A DNA stretch of 64,000 nt from Macrostomum hystrix (GCA_950097015.1 CATNEN010000038.1:27404001-27468000), one strand, 5' to 3'. Counted from the first letter of the stretch, positions 1-13,956 are shown. Program-made: numbers and translations. Notes: generated by a model from the letters alone, not told the origin.

Positions 1-49
1 CTGGGATCTCACGTGTTGCATCAGCTGCGCATTAGACTGTGTCGTTTCG

Positions 50-3000
50 CTAAAAAATATTTCGCTTAAAAATCCAAGCAAATTCGTCAATCAACGCGTC
101 TGCAGTCGATTGGTCTATGGCTCGAATCTCCAATCGAATTGACGCGCCAGATTCTTCAACCAGCGTCTTAGCCAGCATTGACACGGGTCGATTGCGCGAG
201 TCCACCGCAGCAAATAACAAAGACGAATACGCTTTTGTAGTCGGCGAAGTCAACAACGGTCGGGCGATGACGCCTAGACGATGGGAGACAACTAGGGAAG
301 TGCATCCTGGCAACAGTTGCTGGGCTTGGCCGTCTAGCTCGCCCTGAGCAATGAGTCGCTGAAGTTGTTCAGTCGTAGCCGTTTGATCCGGCCGCAACTG
401 GGAGGTCAGGCGAAGCGATGGCAGGCGAATCTCCAAGCTGTCCGCCGAGTTTGACGAGCCGACTAGATGACACCGGAGCTTCAGACGAGCGCGACGCTTA
501 TTGCTCCACTGTGGAGATTGGAAATGAAGGCAAAGGATGAGGCGAAGTTTCGGCGGGCTAAGGATGTGGGGAATGAGGCTAATGATGTGGGGAATGAGGC
601 TAATGATGTGGGGAATGAGGCTAATGATGTGGGGAATGAGGCTAATGATGTGGGGAATGAGGTTAATGATGTGGGGAATGAGGCTAATGATGTGGGGAAT
701 GAGGCTAATGATGTGGAGAATGAGGCTAATGATGTGGGGAATGAGGCTAATGATGTGGGGAATGAGGCTAATGATGTGGGGAATGAGGCTAATGATGTGG
801 GGAATGAGGCTAATGATGTGGGGAATGAGGCTAATGATGTGGGGAATGAGGCTAATGATGTGGGGAATGAGGCTAATGATGTGAGGAATGAGGCTAATGA
901 TGTGGGGAATGAGGCTAATGATGTGGGGAATGAGGCTAATGATGTGGGGAATGAGGCTAATGATGTGAGGAATGAGGCTAATGATGTGGGGAATGAGGCT
1001 AATGATGTGGGGAATGAGGCTAATGATGTGGGGAATGAGGCTAATGATGTGGGGATTGAGGCTAATGATGTGGGGAATGAGGCTAATGATGTGGGGAATG
1101 AGGCTAATGATGTGGGGAATGAGGCTAATGATGTGGGGAATGAGGCTAATGATGTGGGGAATGAGGCTAATGATGTGGGGAATGAGGCTAATGATGTGGG
1201 GAATGAGGCTAATGATGTGGGGATTGAGGCTAATGATGTGGGGAATGAGGCTAATGATGTGGGGAATGAGGCTAATGATGTGGGTAATGAGGCTCCCCAC
1301 ATAATTATGTGTTATAAAGAATGATGTTATAAAACTCACAGGCACACAGATCGGTTCGCTGCAGTGTCCCGGTGCCAGAGGACAGCCCGGAATGTGAATA
1401 GGTTCAGAAGAGTCCATCAGGGCTGTGTGCAAAATGTGAGCGGAGGCCACAGCTCGATTCCCGGAGGCACGCAGTCTCAGGCGCAGCAGTTTTTGTCCGG
1501 CATTAGTTGGCCAGGCCAGCTCAAGATAAGCTGACGCAGTTTTCAAATCTGAGCTATCACTAGCGCCCGAATCAACGGTAGCTACAGTCAGCCACAGAGG
1601 TGTGACATCCTTTGAACGATTGGGCCTAGACGGTAGGCACTCGTAATCGCCCTGAGATGAGCTAACCGATGCGTTCTTTGGCTTCGCATTCAATTTCGGC
1701 TTTCTCTGCTTCTCCTGCTCATGTTCAGGCGACGGCGTTGGAGACTTTCGGCCGACCTTTCTAGACTTCTTCTTCCTTGTTGAAGAGGCCGGTTCCACTG
1801 CTGGCGAGTCTAGAACTCTGGACACCTGCATTTAGAAGGGATTCGAATTAGCAATGGGTAACTGTGGATTGGATAACGGTGGATGGGATAACTTTGGATG
1901 GGATTACTGTGGATTGGATAACGGTGGATGGGATTACTTTGGATGGGATCACTGTGGATGGGATAACTGTGGATGGGATAACTGGATGGGGTAATGTGAA
2001 TGGGATAACTGGATGGGATAATGTGAATGGGATAACTGTGGATGGGATAACTGGATTGGATAACTGTGAATGGGATAACTGGATGGGATAACTGTGAATG
2101 GTATAACTAGATGGGATAACTGTGGATGGGATAACTGGATGGGATAACTGGATGGGATAACTGGATGGGATAACTGGATGGCATAACTGGATGGGATAAC
2201 CGTGGATGGGATAACTGGATGGGATAACTGGATGGGATAACCGTGGATGGGATAACTGGATGGGATAACTGGATGGGATAACCGTGGATAGGATAACTGG
2301 ATGGGATAACTTTGAATATGAATATCTGTGGACGGGATATGTGTATATGAGAAAACTGATCATGGGATAACTGTGGATGGGATATCTGTGGAAGGATATG
2401 TGTATGAGATAACTGTGGACGGGATGACTGTGGGTTGAATAACAATCGTTAGGATATAAATAGAAAAACCACATACGGGACTATGAATAATAAAAAGAGG
2501 TAATAAGAAATGGCTGGGCACAAACCATATTAGCAGAAAACAGTTCATCCGAATCCTCATCTTCAACTTTGTCCTGATTTAGCTGCTCATCCCTCTGATG
2601 TCGCCGCCGTGTAGATGCCTTAGAATTGGACGCGTCAGAAAGTTTATTAGTTGGTTTTTCAGCTAGCAACCTACGCTGCTGCATCAGGTAGTGATCGGAT
2701 CGAGCCAGGCCCTGGATCTGCTGCAAATCCAGCGAGGGCGACGCATTTTCTAGGACAGCCGAAGCTGCGTCGGCGCCTAAGGGCGAGGCTGGCGCTGCGG
2801 TTGGCGCACTTTTCAGATAGTGCGGATTCGAGGCGCGATCCAATTGCCCGAGTTTGGAGACTTCCGATTGGCTCTGTAAAAATGGGAAGGGATATTTTAA
2901 CATTTCTACTATAAGTAGCATAAAATGTAAAAACGAGAATTTCCCCAGGAGGGGGGAATAGCATGGTCTTTCCCCAGGAGAGGGGAATAGAATGGTCTTT

Positions 3001-6000
3001 CCTCAGGAGGGGGGAATAACATGGTCTTTCCCCAGGAAGGGGGAATAGCATGGTCTTTCCTCAGGAGGGGGGAATAGCATGGTCTTTCCTCAGGAGGGGG
3101 GAATAGCATGGTCTTTCCTCAGGCGGGGGAATAGCATGGTCTTTCCTCAGGAGGGGGGAATAGCATGGTCTTTCCTCAGGAGGGGGGAATAGCATGGTCT
3201 TTCCTCAGGAGGGGGGAATAGCATGGTCTTTCCTCAGGAGGGGGGAATAGCATGGTCTTTCCTCAGGAGGGGGGAATAGCATGGACTTTCCTTGGAGGGG
3301 GGAATAGCATGGTCTTTCCTTGGAAGGGGGAATAGCATGGTCTTTCCTCAGGAGGGGGAATAGCATGGTCTTTCCTTGGAGGGGGGAATAGCATGGTCTT
3401 TCCTCAGGAGGGGGGAATAGCATGGTCTTTCCTTGGAGGGGGGAATAGCATGGTCTTTCCTTGGAGGGGGGATAGCATGGTCTTTCCTTGGAGGGGGGGA
3501 ATAGCATGGTCTTTCCCCAGGAGGGGGGCATAGCATGGTCTTTCCCCAGGAGGGGGGCATAGCATGGTCTTTCCTTGGAGGGGGGAATAGCATGGTCTTT
3601 CCTTGGAGGGGGGAATAGCATGGACTTTCCTTGGAGGGGGGGAACAGCATGGTCTTTCCTTGGAGGGGGGAATAGCATGGTCTTTCATTGGAGGGGGGGA
3701 ACAGCATGGTCTTTCCTTGGAGGGGGGAATGGCATGGTCTTTCCTTGGAGGGGGGAATAGCATGGTCTTTCTACCATTACCATTAAGCAACTAGACTCAC
3801 AAGCTTCAACTCGGCAGAATTTCCAGTTGACGTATTTTCCAACTTTGCCTTTGTCTTCAACTTTGATTTCTCTTTCACTTTGCTTTTCGACTTCAACGGA
3901 GAATTAATCCAAGCGTCTAGATCTAGACCTTCTGGCAGTTCAACTCGACGCTGAGCCTCCAGTCCAACAGCACTGTCTGGACCGTGGACATCGTCGACCG
4001 TCAGAAACATGGCAGCTAGCCAGTCGATTCCACAATTTGACGCAGCAGCCGAGGCGAGTCGCATCAAGCTGTGACCGCAAACAGCGCGCTCTTGAACCTC
4101 TAGCAGCGGACAGCGAACTAGACTCTCCAGGCGTTCAACGCATTGAGCCAATAGCGCGGCCTGTTGCTGACCATGCCGCAGTGCTCTGACAACAGTCAGC
4201 TTAATCCCATTGTGCACAAGAATAGCCTGCTGAGAATCTGTTAGTCGTTTAGCAACCAGCGGACACCGAGGCAGACGGAGCATCGCTTCAATCGCCGCTT
4301 CGTCTCTGGCGTCGTCATTTTCGTCATCGGGTGCTTCTGTAGCGAATTCGGCGTAGATCCAGGCAGCTGCAGGCAGCAGACAGATCGGAGCTGACCGACA
4401 ACTGCCGTCAGCAACTGTGACTAGTAGGTCTAGACAGAGTCGTCTAGCTTCGACCCGAGAATTTGGCGCTAAAAGTACAATATCCACTAGCTGACTGGAC
4501 AATGCCTCATTGCCGGTGTTAGATTCATCGTTAGCCAAAACTGCTGCTAAGTGAAACAATTCGGACAGATACCAGTCAAATTTTGCTGGCTTAATTAGGC
4601 GATAATTGTTGGCGCTGCAGGTAACTAAAATTCTGTCTAGTAAGCGAGCTCGGCAACGGCGGCCAAGAAGATTATCGGCTAGGTGGCGGCGCAACAGGCG
4701 GACAATGTCCCGTAGGCTATCGGGACAGGCTAGCAGGCACAGTAGGTCGGCGGCGCGCCACGATACGGACAGGTCAGTATCGGTCAGACAGGTGGAGGCT
4801 ACAAGCTCGCGCTGAGATTGGGCCTGCGCGGAGTAGGAATGGGAGACAAAGAAATATTGTTGGGATCCGATTGTATGGGATCTTAGTGAATGGGATCTGA
4901 GTGATGTTATTGGATTTGATGGGATCTGATTGGATGGGATTGGATTGGATGGGATCTAATTGGATGGGATCTAATTGGATGGGATTGGATTGGATCGGAT
5001 TGGATTGGATGGGATATGATGGGATTGAATACGATTGGATGGGGTTGGATTGGACGGGATCTGATTGGATCGGATGGGATCTGATTGGACGGGATCTGAT
5101 TGGATGGGATTGATTAGATAGGATTTGATCTGAGTGGATGGGGTATGATTGGATTGGATCTGATTGGATGGATATGATTTGATTAGATCTGTTGGATGGG
5201 ATCTGATTGGACGGGATATGATTGGATGGGATCTGATTGGATGGGATCTGATTGGGTGGGATATGATTGGATGGGATATGATTGGATGGGATGTGATTGG
5301 ATAGGATGTGATTGGATGGGATATGATTGAATGGGATCTGATTGGGTGGGATTTGATTGGATGGGATATGATTGGATGGGATATGATTGGATGGGATATG
5401 ATTGGATGGGATATGATTGAATGGGATCTGATTGGGTGGGATCTGATTGGATGGGATCTGATTGGATGGGATATGATTGGATTGGATCTGATTCTTTGGA
5501 TTCTGATTGGAGGGGATTCTGATTGGGTGGGATTCTGATTGGATGGGATTCTGATTGGGTGGGATTAGTGTCAATGTAATATAATATACAAAAAAATGAA
5601 TAAAAAAGAGCACAGAGCTCTCACAGATCTCGGATCCAGAGCAGTAAGCCGCGCCATAGAGAGCAAACCCAAATAGCGAATATTTCTATCTTCGTGTCCC
5701 AACAGTGAATGCAACCGACTAGAGCACAGCTGCACGGCCGTAGTTCGAGATGAAGCCGGTACTCGATCGCCGGCGGTCTGCAGCGCCGTCACCAACGTAT
5801 TGACGCACTCGTGCAACAGAGGAATCGAACTCACGTCCTATGCGAGTATGGGAAGTGAAAAATCTAAAAGATGAATAATATAATGGCAGAAGTAATAAGC
5901 TAAACTAAATCACAAAAGTGAAAGTAAGACTACCTAGAATCAACCAAGACTACCCAGAACTAACCAAGACATCCCAGAACTGAACAAAACTACACAGAAC

Positions 6001-8770
6001 TAACCAAGACATCCCAGAACTAACCAATACATCCCAGAACTAACCAATACATCCCAGAACTAACCAATACATCCCAGAACTAACCAAGACATCTCAGAAC
6101 TAACCAATACATCCCAGAACTAACCAAGACATCTCAGAACTAACCAAGACATCTCAGAACTAACCAATACATCCCAGAACTAACCAAGACATCTCAGAAC
6201 TAACCAATACATCCCAGAACTAACCAAGACATCTCAGAACTAACCAATACATCCCAGAACTAACCAAGACATCCCAGAACTAACCAAGATATCCCAAAAC
6301 TAATCAAAACTACCCAGAACTAACCAAGACTACCCAGAATCAACCACGAATACCAAGAACTAACTAAGACTACCTAGAATCAACTAAGACTACCCAGAAC
6401 TAACTAAGACTACCTAGAATCAACCAAGACTACCCAGATCTAACCAAGACTACCTAGAATCAACCAAGAATACCCAAAACTAACCAAGACTACCTACAAT
6501 CAACCAAGACTACCCAGAACTAACCAAGACTACCTAGAATCAACCAAGACTACCCATAACTAATGAAGACTACCCAGAATCAACCAAGACTGTGTAAAAC
6601 AAACAAATGCTACCTATAGATAATAAACCAACAAAAACATCAAGACAAGGGTTGAGTGGCAGATCGGTTAACGAGTTTACCTCTTGCACCAATGCCCCTG
6701 AGCTTGATTCCGTGGTAAGGCCACATTAAATTGGGGTGCAGCCGCTGAGAGAAGGCTTGGAGCTAATCGTGCAAATTTACGACCTTGAGGGCCAACCTCC
6801 AAGGCACAATCAAAGTGTACACTGCCTGACAGTGAGAAATTCAGGGCAGATTTACACACCAGTGTGAGCGTGTGACTGCGTACGTATCTAGGTGCGTGTG
6901 TGCTCAGGAGCCAGCGAAATTGGTAGAATTGCCTCCTCGCTGGCTGCGGGTCTAGTGTGACCAAATGATGTGCCATTGCCTGCAGCCCTCCTGCAATTAT
7001 TAGTATAATTAATTCACGACAATACTAACTAGAAAGTTGTATCATATAAGCTCACCTGCAGCAATCCTACAATGGGATCGATCAGTTTCCGACCCAGCCG
7101 CGGCTCCAGCGGTGTCAGCAGGCCGAACAGGCGCAATAGTTTAGCAGCAGGCCAGGCGGCAACCAGTCCGAAGTAGCACTGGCCGCAGCAGAGCAGTCGA
7201 AACAGGCCCGGTGCCAGTGGCAGACAGGCGCCGGGATTGGCTCCCGCCAGTTCGCAGGCGGCGCAGACGGCAGCGGAGCGCACAGCCGAATCCGGATCCG
7301 CTAGTCGATCGCGCAGGCAGGCCAACGCCATGCTGGCTGAGTCGGCGAATCTGGACACTAGGCGAGGCAGTAGAAGGACGCTGCGCTGGCGAACGCCCGA
7401 GTCGGGCGCCTTGGCGGTCAACGACAATAGGTCATTGCACAGGTCCCTAATTGGAAGTTGAGACCAGTTCATACATCAGTCGTAAAAGTGTCGATTTTTT
7501 ATTATTTCACAATGCCTCCCTAGCCATAAGCCCATTGTAGCCTTGCACATCACCCCCTTAATTATATAATTTAATAATAATAATTGCAGGGGGGCTGCAG
7601 GCAATGGCACATCATTATTTGGTCACACTAGACCCGCAGCCAGCGGAGGAGGCAATTCTGCCCTGAGCACACTGAGCTCACTCCTGAGCACTTACGCACA
7701 CAGACACCGAACGCAGCCACACGCTCACACAGGTGTGTACATCTGCCCTGACTTTCTCATCGTCAGGCAGTGTACACTCTCACTGTGTATACACTCTCTC
7801 TCCGCGGCTACCGCCCCAAATAAATGTGGCCTCGCCGCCTATTTATTGTATGAGGACATAGACATTAAATCCAATGATATCGATCCGGAATTCCTCAGAA
7901 CCAGAGAAAAGCGACCTAAAACTGTTCACTAACTTTCCGATTTCGGATCGATTCAATAGAATTGAAATTACCAAGTACTCATCGGGGTCTACTTTTAAGT
8001 ATTTGAGATTTTAAAAATGTTGAGATTCACAGGTTATGACGCTTACTTAGCCAAGTCGACTGACATAAACGATGCCAGTGAGCAGAGAACTGAGCAGGTT
8101 TCTATTGGACAGGTGGAACACAGATCTTTGCGCAATAGATTAGTCGCCAAGATAAGTAATTCTACGGCGCTGTCGCTGTCAAAGTACATTGACGCCGCTA
8201 AATAAGCCAGGCGCTTCTGACCAAAACGACCGGAGCTCATGGACTCCAGGATGCGAAAGCCGGCCCAGCCGAGGTCGCAGCCGCCACCGCCCAATGTTCT
8301 GACCTGGATAAGACGATTTAGACCCGATTGGAAGTCGCGCCGAGAGAAATCTCGTCTGGCTTGATCTGTTAGGCTGGCTAGGAATGCTGGATCCTGCAGA
8401 GATTGCATCGGTTTGGTAATCAGACGCGCGGGTGACAGACGACCGACAGCCAGTGACAAGCAATTCAACACAAATGCATGCACAGGCCCTCATGGGCAAA
8501 GGTTGCACGACAAGCCCTCCCCCAAGCCTTCTTTCCGCGGATTCGAGCTCAGGATGCGAGAGGTAATCACGTTCACTGCTCTGCGATGCATCCGTTCTAA
8601 TTTCAAATACCTTGTGCGTGATTCATACCACGTGATTCAACAGCTCTAATAACTCTAACCTGTTCTCTGCCACTGCGAATAGCGCGCGCCAATTCTCGCT
8701 TAGATCCAGTTAGCTCAGCTGTGGTTGCTAGGGCCTGCTGCAGGCCACCAGCAACCAAGCTAATGGCCAT
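50..8770 (-). CDS. AP3D1: AP-3 complex subunit delta (divergent), 8 exons, ~1125 aa
   Basis: Phase-consistent GT-AG exons: 8770-8660, 8393-8047, 7446-7056, 5837-5625, 4823-3801, 2873-2526, 1825-1340, 508-50 (3378 nt). Delta-adaptin signatures: DLGWAGFRILESMSSGRFGQKRLAYLAAS, LADPDSAVRSAAVCAACELA, LFGLLTPLEPRLGRKLIDP, DRNIRYLGLLSM, FDWYLSEL, LEVQERA, AQRRVELPEGLDLDAWIN, then a Lys-rich hinge. Confidence 0.92.
563..1297. repeat. 21-bp minisatellite (GATGTGGGGAATGAGGCTAAT)n, AP3D1 intron 7
   Basis: ~35 near-identical tandem units. Confidence 0.97.
1858..2430. repeat. 13/15-bp minisatellite (GTGGATGGGATAACT / GGATGGGATAACT)n, AP3D1 intron 6
   Basis: Tandem units, degenerating toward 2430. Confidence 0.93.
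2940..3771. repeat. ~29-bp minisatellite (AGGAGGGGGGAATAGCATGGTCTTTCCTC)n, AP3D1 intron 5
   Basis: Tandem units with variable G-run length. Confidence 0.96.
4860..5566. repeat. 15-bp (pentamer-based) minisatellite (ATTGGATGGGATCTG)n, AP3D1 intron 4
   Basis: Tandem units visible directly. Confidence 0.94.
5925..6591. repeat. 20-bp minisatellite (TAACCAAGACATCCCAGAAC)n, AP3D1 intron 3
   Basis: Tandem units in register with the 60-nt lines. Confidence 0.96.
6649..7012 (+). mobile_element. tRNA-derived SINE, near full length
   Basis: Head GGGTTGAGTGGCAGATCGGTTAACG...CTGAGCTTGATTCC (A/B-box-like); body shared with the other copies; 3' end TGATGTGCCATTGCCTGCAGCCCTCCTGCA plus TTA-rich tail. Confidence 0.8.
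7560..7845 (-). mobile_element. SINE copy, head missing, AP3D1 intron 2
   Basis: GGGCTGCAGGCAATGGCACATCATT...CTGACTTTCTCATCGTCAGGCAGTGTACAC matches the family. Confidence 0.8.
8500..8586 (-). mobile_element. SINE 5' fragment, AP3D1 intron 1
   Basis: TTGCACGACAAGCCC...CCAAGCCTTCT...TCGAGCTCAGG...GCGAGAGG. Confidence 0.65.
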
Positions 8771-11700
8771 GACAATGGCGTCCTAGGCAGCCTGTTCAGG
8801 TCACTGCAATTCATCAGGCTCGCGTGTATTAATTTGACATAAATGGAATATATTCAATATATCAAAAACAATAATTGTTATGGTTATTTGTCTAATCTTT
8901 TAATCCTAAATAAATATATTTTACTCAAAATCATTGTTTGACAAGTTGACAAGACTAAATGGAAATTTTTATTGAGTAAACATTAGTTTTCTAAGTATCC
9001 ATAGCAGATAGATATACTTGTAGGACTTAACAATAAAAAATCGAATTTTATAAAAACTAGAAAGATAGAAAATGTTTAATAAAATACAATATTTACTGGC
9101 TAGGAATGCTGTATTTAGCTGTATTTAGCTGTAGGCCCCTATGTAACACTAAATACATATTTTATCACCACTGTAACAGGGCTTAACATTATAACTTTCT
9201 CTCTCTTGGTAGTATATCACTCGGTGCAAGCAATCACTCTCTAAGGCTCCTTGAACACCAGTCTTTGCTGGGTGTTTTCTGTGGATCAGAGGGTCACAGC
9301 CTCAAATAACAACTCAACTCTTAAACACTCTTTTACCTTCTTACTCAACTATAGTTTATTTGCTTTTTGCCACACTGGCATGTTCATCTGTCTCACAGAA
9401 ATTGCAATCGTTTTTATACACAAAAAGGTTTGTTAAAGTGAATGAACTCTACAGAATATTTATAATATTATATATAAACAAAAATTAGTGCATCTAAACA
9501 AAGAGCATAAATAAAAATTTGACTTTCAAAATAAAATAAAATAAAACCACTAAAAATATATATATATAATTCTTATATGATATAAATGTAAAAAATATCA
9601 GAAGTCATACTTCTACAATATATGTAGAAATGTATAAAGTTCAGATAGGAGATATTCTCATTTTAATAAAACTTGCTAAATTTGGAGCTTGGTTACTCAA
9701 GTTTCTTTAGAATTGAAATTGTCTTAAAATTCCTAGAATTTACTTGAATGTAAATTATAATTTTCCTTTTTATCACAAAGTAAAATGGGGTCTATTCAAA
9801 GTTTTTACTAATATGGATCATTTTGTTTAAGACAGCTATCTAGTTAATAAAGTGGATACTATAAAAGAATCAATTTTCTTTTTCAATTTTTCAAAGAATC
9901 TGAAATAAAATAAATTTTATTTTTTCCAGTAAAAAATAGCTACTATCAATTTGCTATCTCCTTTTCCTTAATAACTTTTTAATTTTTGTATGTTTACTTA
10001 TGTCTAAAATAAAAATAATAATAAAATTTGTCTATTAATGACCTAAAAAAAGAAAAAAAGAAATGTAATTCCTAAGATAATAAAACTGAAAAGTTGTGCA
10101 AGTTTATAACTATTTTGGTTCCAAATTCATTGAATACTTTATATCTCTTGTGTCTCACAATCACTCATGACCCACCTTTAAACACTTGTTTAAAGAATGT
10201 TTTATTTCTTTTGTTTTATAATATTAGAATGTTTATATAGCGAAAAATGTATAAGTTAATAGTGAAGACAAATAATGAACAAATCTAACTTTTTAAAATT
10301 CTCATTTGTTAGTCAAAGTCAGGTTGCTTATAATAATGCTTACAATAAACTATTATAATCATTTTATAATAAAAAAATGAGAACTTGTCTATTTGTAAGT
10401 TTTTAAGGCTAATTTTATGAAACCTCCATTTTTAAACTACCTGCTACATTTTTGCCCATCAAATAAGTATTGAAGAATAGCTTCTTTGTACGCGTAGAAC
10501 GTCAGAGGTGTGCGCAATTCATTAAACGGACATTCCGCACAATTTAAATCGCGAATCGTGAAGTCGTTAGTTGATCTATCGCGAAAATCAATATAAACAA
10601 AAAAGAGCTTAGTATGCAATTATGGCTTCGCCAAATTTTTAAATCACCGATCAAGTTAAGCAATTAAAAAAATTAGGATTTTTTGTTTGGTAAACTCGTT
10701 GACAATATGCGCATTTAAATTCAATGGTGTCGATCGCCATATATTGCATGCATGCATTTGCATAAAGTTCTTTGATTTTGAGGAAGGACAAGTTCAGAAG
10801 AATAGACGCCCTGTTAGAAATCATTGAAATATAAATTAAAAAATATGAATTTCTTCAGTTATAGAGGGGATCTTTGCATGCATGAAATTTGCTATCGGAA
10901 CATTCCGTCACAAATGAAGTAGCTTAAAATTGTAACAATTAAGGTTTATGCGAAAAGCAACTTATTAAATCTCAGTCTTCCCGCCTAACAGCAGGGACAC
11001 TGTCAGACTGTTATTAGTACAGAGCACAGAAATCCAGAGCTGGAAGAATTCAGCTGAATGTCCTGAAGAATTCAGGAAATGTTATTAATCTGGTAACAAT
11101 TAATTATTAGTGTGCGCAAAGTAGCGTCTCTTCGATGGTCATATTTTGTAATATATATAAAGTAGAAACATTTCGAAAAGGCAAATATATGCAACCGATA
11201 ACAACTGTTAAAATAGCCGACTAAAGAGATAACAGTGATGTTGCTTTCAATTATAACGCTTCATATAGGATGCGAATAATAGTACAGTGCAGACGTCGAC
11301 GTATCGATATATAAAAAAGAAGTGAATTGGGCAAAAAACGAAAAATTAAAATAAATTAGACAATGTTTTTAATGAAAAAAATAAAATACTTTCTACACAG
11401 AAAATTCTGTAACTCCATGAATTTCGTTCAACTCAACTCAACGCAATTAAGCGCTTGTCGATCGATGTGTCAGCAGAATGAAATGGCCGACTAGGTCCTT
11501 CCTGATGGTCCATCAGGTGCCACTTTTCGATTTATTGCTCTTAAAAAATATCGGTGTGATATATCGAGCAAAGAAGAGGCGAGACGACTCGGTCTTTTGC
11601 TCTGCTGCTCTTTAATATTAGACAGATTTACCTGCTGCTCGTCAAATTTTCATCTGCAACTTAACAAGCTGAGAAATATTAAACGATCAGGGACAGAAAG

Positions 11701-13014
11701 ATCCCATGAAGGTGTGTGTCTTCGGTCTTTAGAACAGAGATGGAGCCAAGAGTATCGTCTGGGTTGTCAAAACTTATAAAAGTCTTGAGAGAAATGATTA
11801 TTTTAGGACGCAGAAACTTCAGGATCGACCAAGCGAATCGAAACCAAATTTCTGTCCAATATGGCAACCAAACTGCAAGCATGTCAAATTTTAATTTTGG
11901 TAGCTAGCAGTGGGATTTGTCGCAACTCAGTGAGGTCGAGAAAATTGGAGCTAAATCTGGTCGGTGTTCAGACCTCGATGGAGGGCACACTTTTAGCGCG
12001 ATTTCAGGAATCCCCGGCTAACAACTGGAGCCCTTGGGGACTGCTGTGCGACGACGGCTGGAACGGCCATGGAACGGTCACAACTCCGCACGTATAAGTG
12101 TCCTCCTACTCGCAAGCAATCTTCGACCCGACAGGAAGTCGTCAACGGGAAATCGTCGACAAGAAATCCTCCCGCAAGCAGACCCTATGAAATCTGTGAA
12201 AAGCACACCCCAACTCCGCAGGCAAGCGCATCGTCCTTGACGACATTCGCTGCAGGGGGTCCGAAGCGATCCTGCTGGATTGTCGCAGCCGGGAGCTCGA
12301 TCGGTAAGCACAACTGCGAAGTCGTTGAGGCGGCTGGAGTGCAATGCTCAGTAACCGGAGTGGCGGTGCAGAATACCGCCGCCTGGAAGCGTCCCATTAG
12401 TGCGAACGAAAGTCAGTTGGATGGAATTAAGAATGTGCAGAGAGTGGCGTTCTTGGAGAAGACCTGCTAGGAGAAAAACCTATTTACGCTCGCAACTTCC
12501 TTGTCCCTTGAATCTTACTTTTAGTTGTGCTATTTTGTACTGTGTACAGAATCGCAATTCTAATAAATAATATTATTAAAATAATTGTTAGGTACAAACT
12601 AAGTAGCTCATTCGTAACTTTTCGTATTTTCTAGCCATCCTACAAGTTGAAGCTGGTACTCGTCGGAGCTACCAATGGCACAGGTAGCAATGTCAGCACT
12701 GCCAGCTCTAAGAGCAAAACACCTGTTAGCGGCTTGGTGCTAGTGACGCTTTTAAGCAGACGAAATGGAGGCCTTTGCGCTGATGATTACGTCACTATTC
12801 GCGAAGCGGGCGTTGTCTGCCGCGAACTTGGTCTGGGCTCAGCCAGAGCCGTCTGGAAGGTACGTTTCTAACATTAAAGAGTATTTTTAGCCAGCTTGAA
12901 TTTAAGCCTGGAATTCCACCAACACACAATTTTAGTCTGACTATTTGATTCTCCCAAGCATTTGGGATTGGTCTGGTGGGGATTCCCCTCCACCAACAAC
13001 CGTTACTACGCTTG

Positions 13015-13195
13015 TAGTCTGGGATTCCCACCCCAAAAACAGTTAGCTGTCTGGGATTCCCACCCCAAAAACAGTTAGCTGTCTGGGATTCCCACCCCAA
13101 AAACAGTTAGCTGTCTGGGATTCCCACCCCAAAAACAGTTAGCAGTCTGGGATTCCGCCCAGCAACTGTTACTTCGCTCGTAATCTGGGATTCTC
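13015..13195. repeat. 32-bp minisatellite (CTGGGATTCCCACCCCAAAAACAGTTAGCTGT)n, LOXL intron
   Basis: 4 good units plus degenerate flanks. Confidence 0.9.
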
Positions 13196-13548
13196 CCTCG
13201 AAGCAGATAGCAGTCTGGTTTGTCCACCAAATCTAAACTAGTCGTATCTTCTCTTGAAGGTGTCACTAGACAACCTTCAGTCTATTGGTCTTTTGATCAA
13301 CATTTCCAATCTAGTTCTGTCTGTTTCCGGTTGTCGAGGAAGCGAACCAAGCCTTGGTCGCTGTCTCTACCTGTACAGCTTCGCAACCAGTTTAGACTTG
13401 TTTAGATCAACTTGCCTCGATAGCCGAAATACCCTGGGTGTTACATGCACTGCAGGTAATGTTAAGCTGTACTAAAAGCATTAAAGTACATGATCGCTAG
13501 GTGGATTGCGAATAAAATCCTAACAGGCAAACCTGGACAAAATTTTGT

Positions 13549-13655
13549 GACAGCTAAGCAATCTGATAACAGCTAGACAATCTGGCAACAGCTAGACAAT
13601 CTGGTAACAGCTAGACAATCTGGTAATAGCTAGACAATCCGGTAACAGCTAGACT
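13549..13655. repeat. 19-bp minisatellite (AACAGCTAGACAATCTGGT)n, LOXL intron
   Basis: ~5 units. Confidence 0.85.
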
Positions 13656-13956
13656 GAAAGTTACTAATAATTATTTAAAATGTTGCTCATGACTAAGAGA
13701 CCATTCAATAAAATCAAATTTAATAGTGCAAATTCGGCAAACAAACCTTCGAGATTTACCTGACCTGGTTCTGGATGTCAGAGATTTGCAGCTATCCGCC
13801 ATGTATCTAGAGCGCCGATGTACTATATGAACTGCGCACTAGAAGAGAACGCGGCAACGGCGTACGAAGTGCGTCGGAACAATGTGCGTGAGCCCTTGCA
13901 AAACTGTGCTCATTTTGTGTAGCTCCAAATTGCCGTTTGTCTTTTGGGTTAATAAG

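Noticed and set aside
555-565. Repeat-derived CCTTAG as the AP3D1 exon 8 acceptor
   Set aside because: Wrong phase; the pyrimidine-rich CCACAG at 509-510 restores the frame
467-1324. (GNEANDV)n and related ORFs as repeat proteins
   Set aside because: Translations of the intronic 21-bp array
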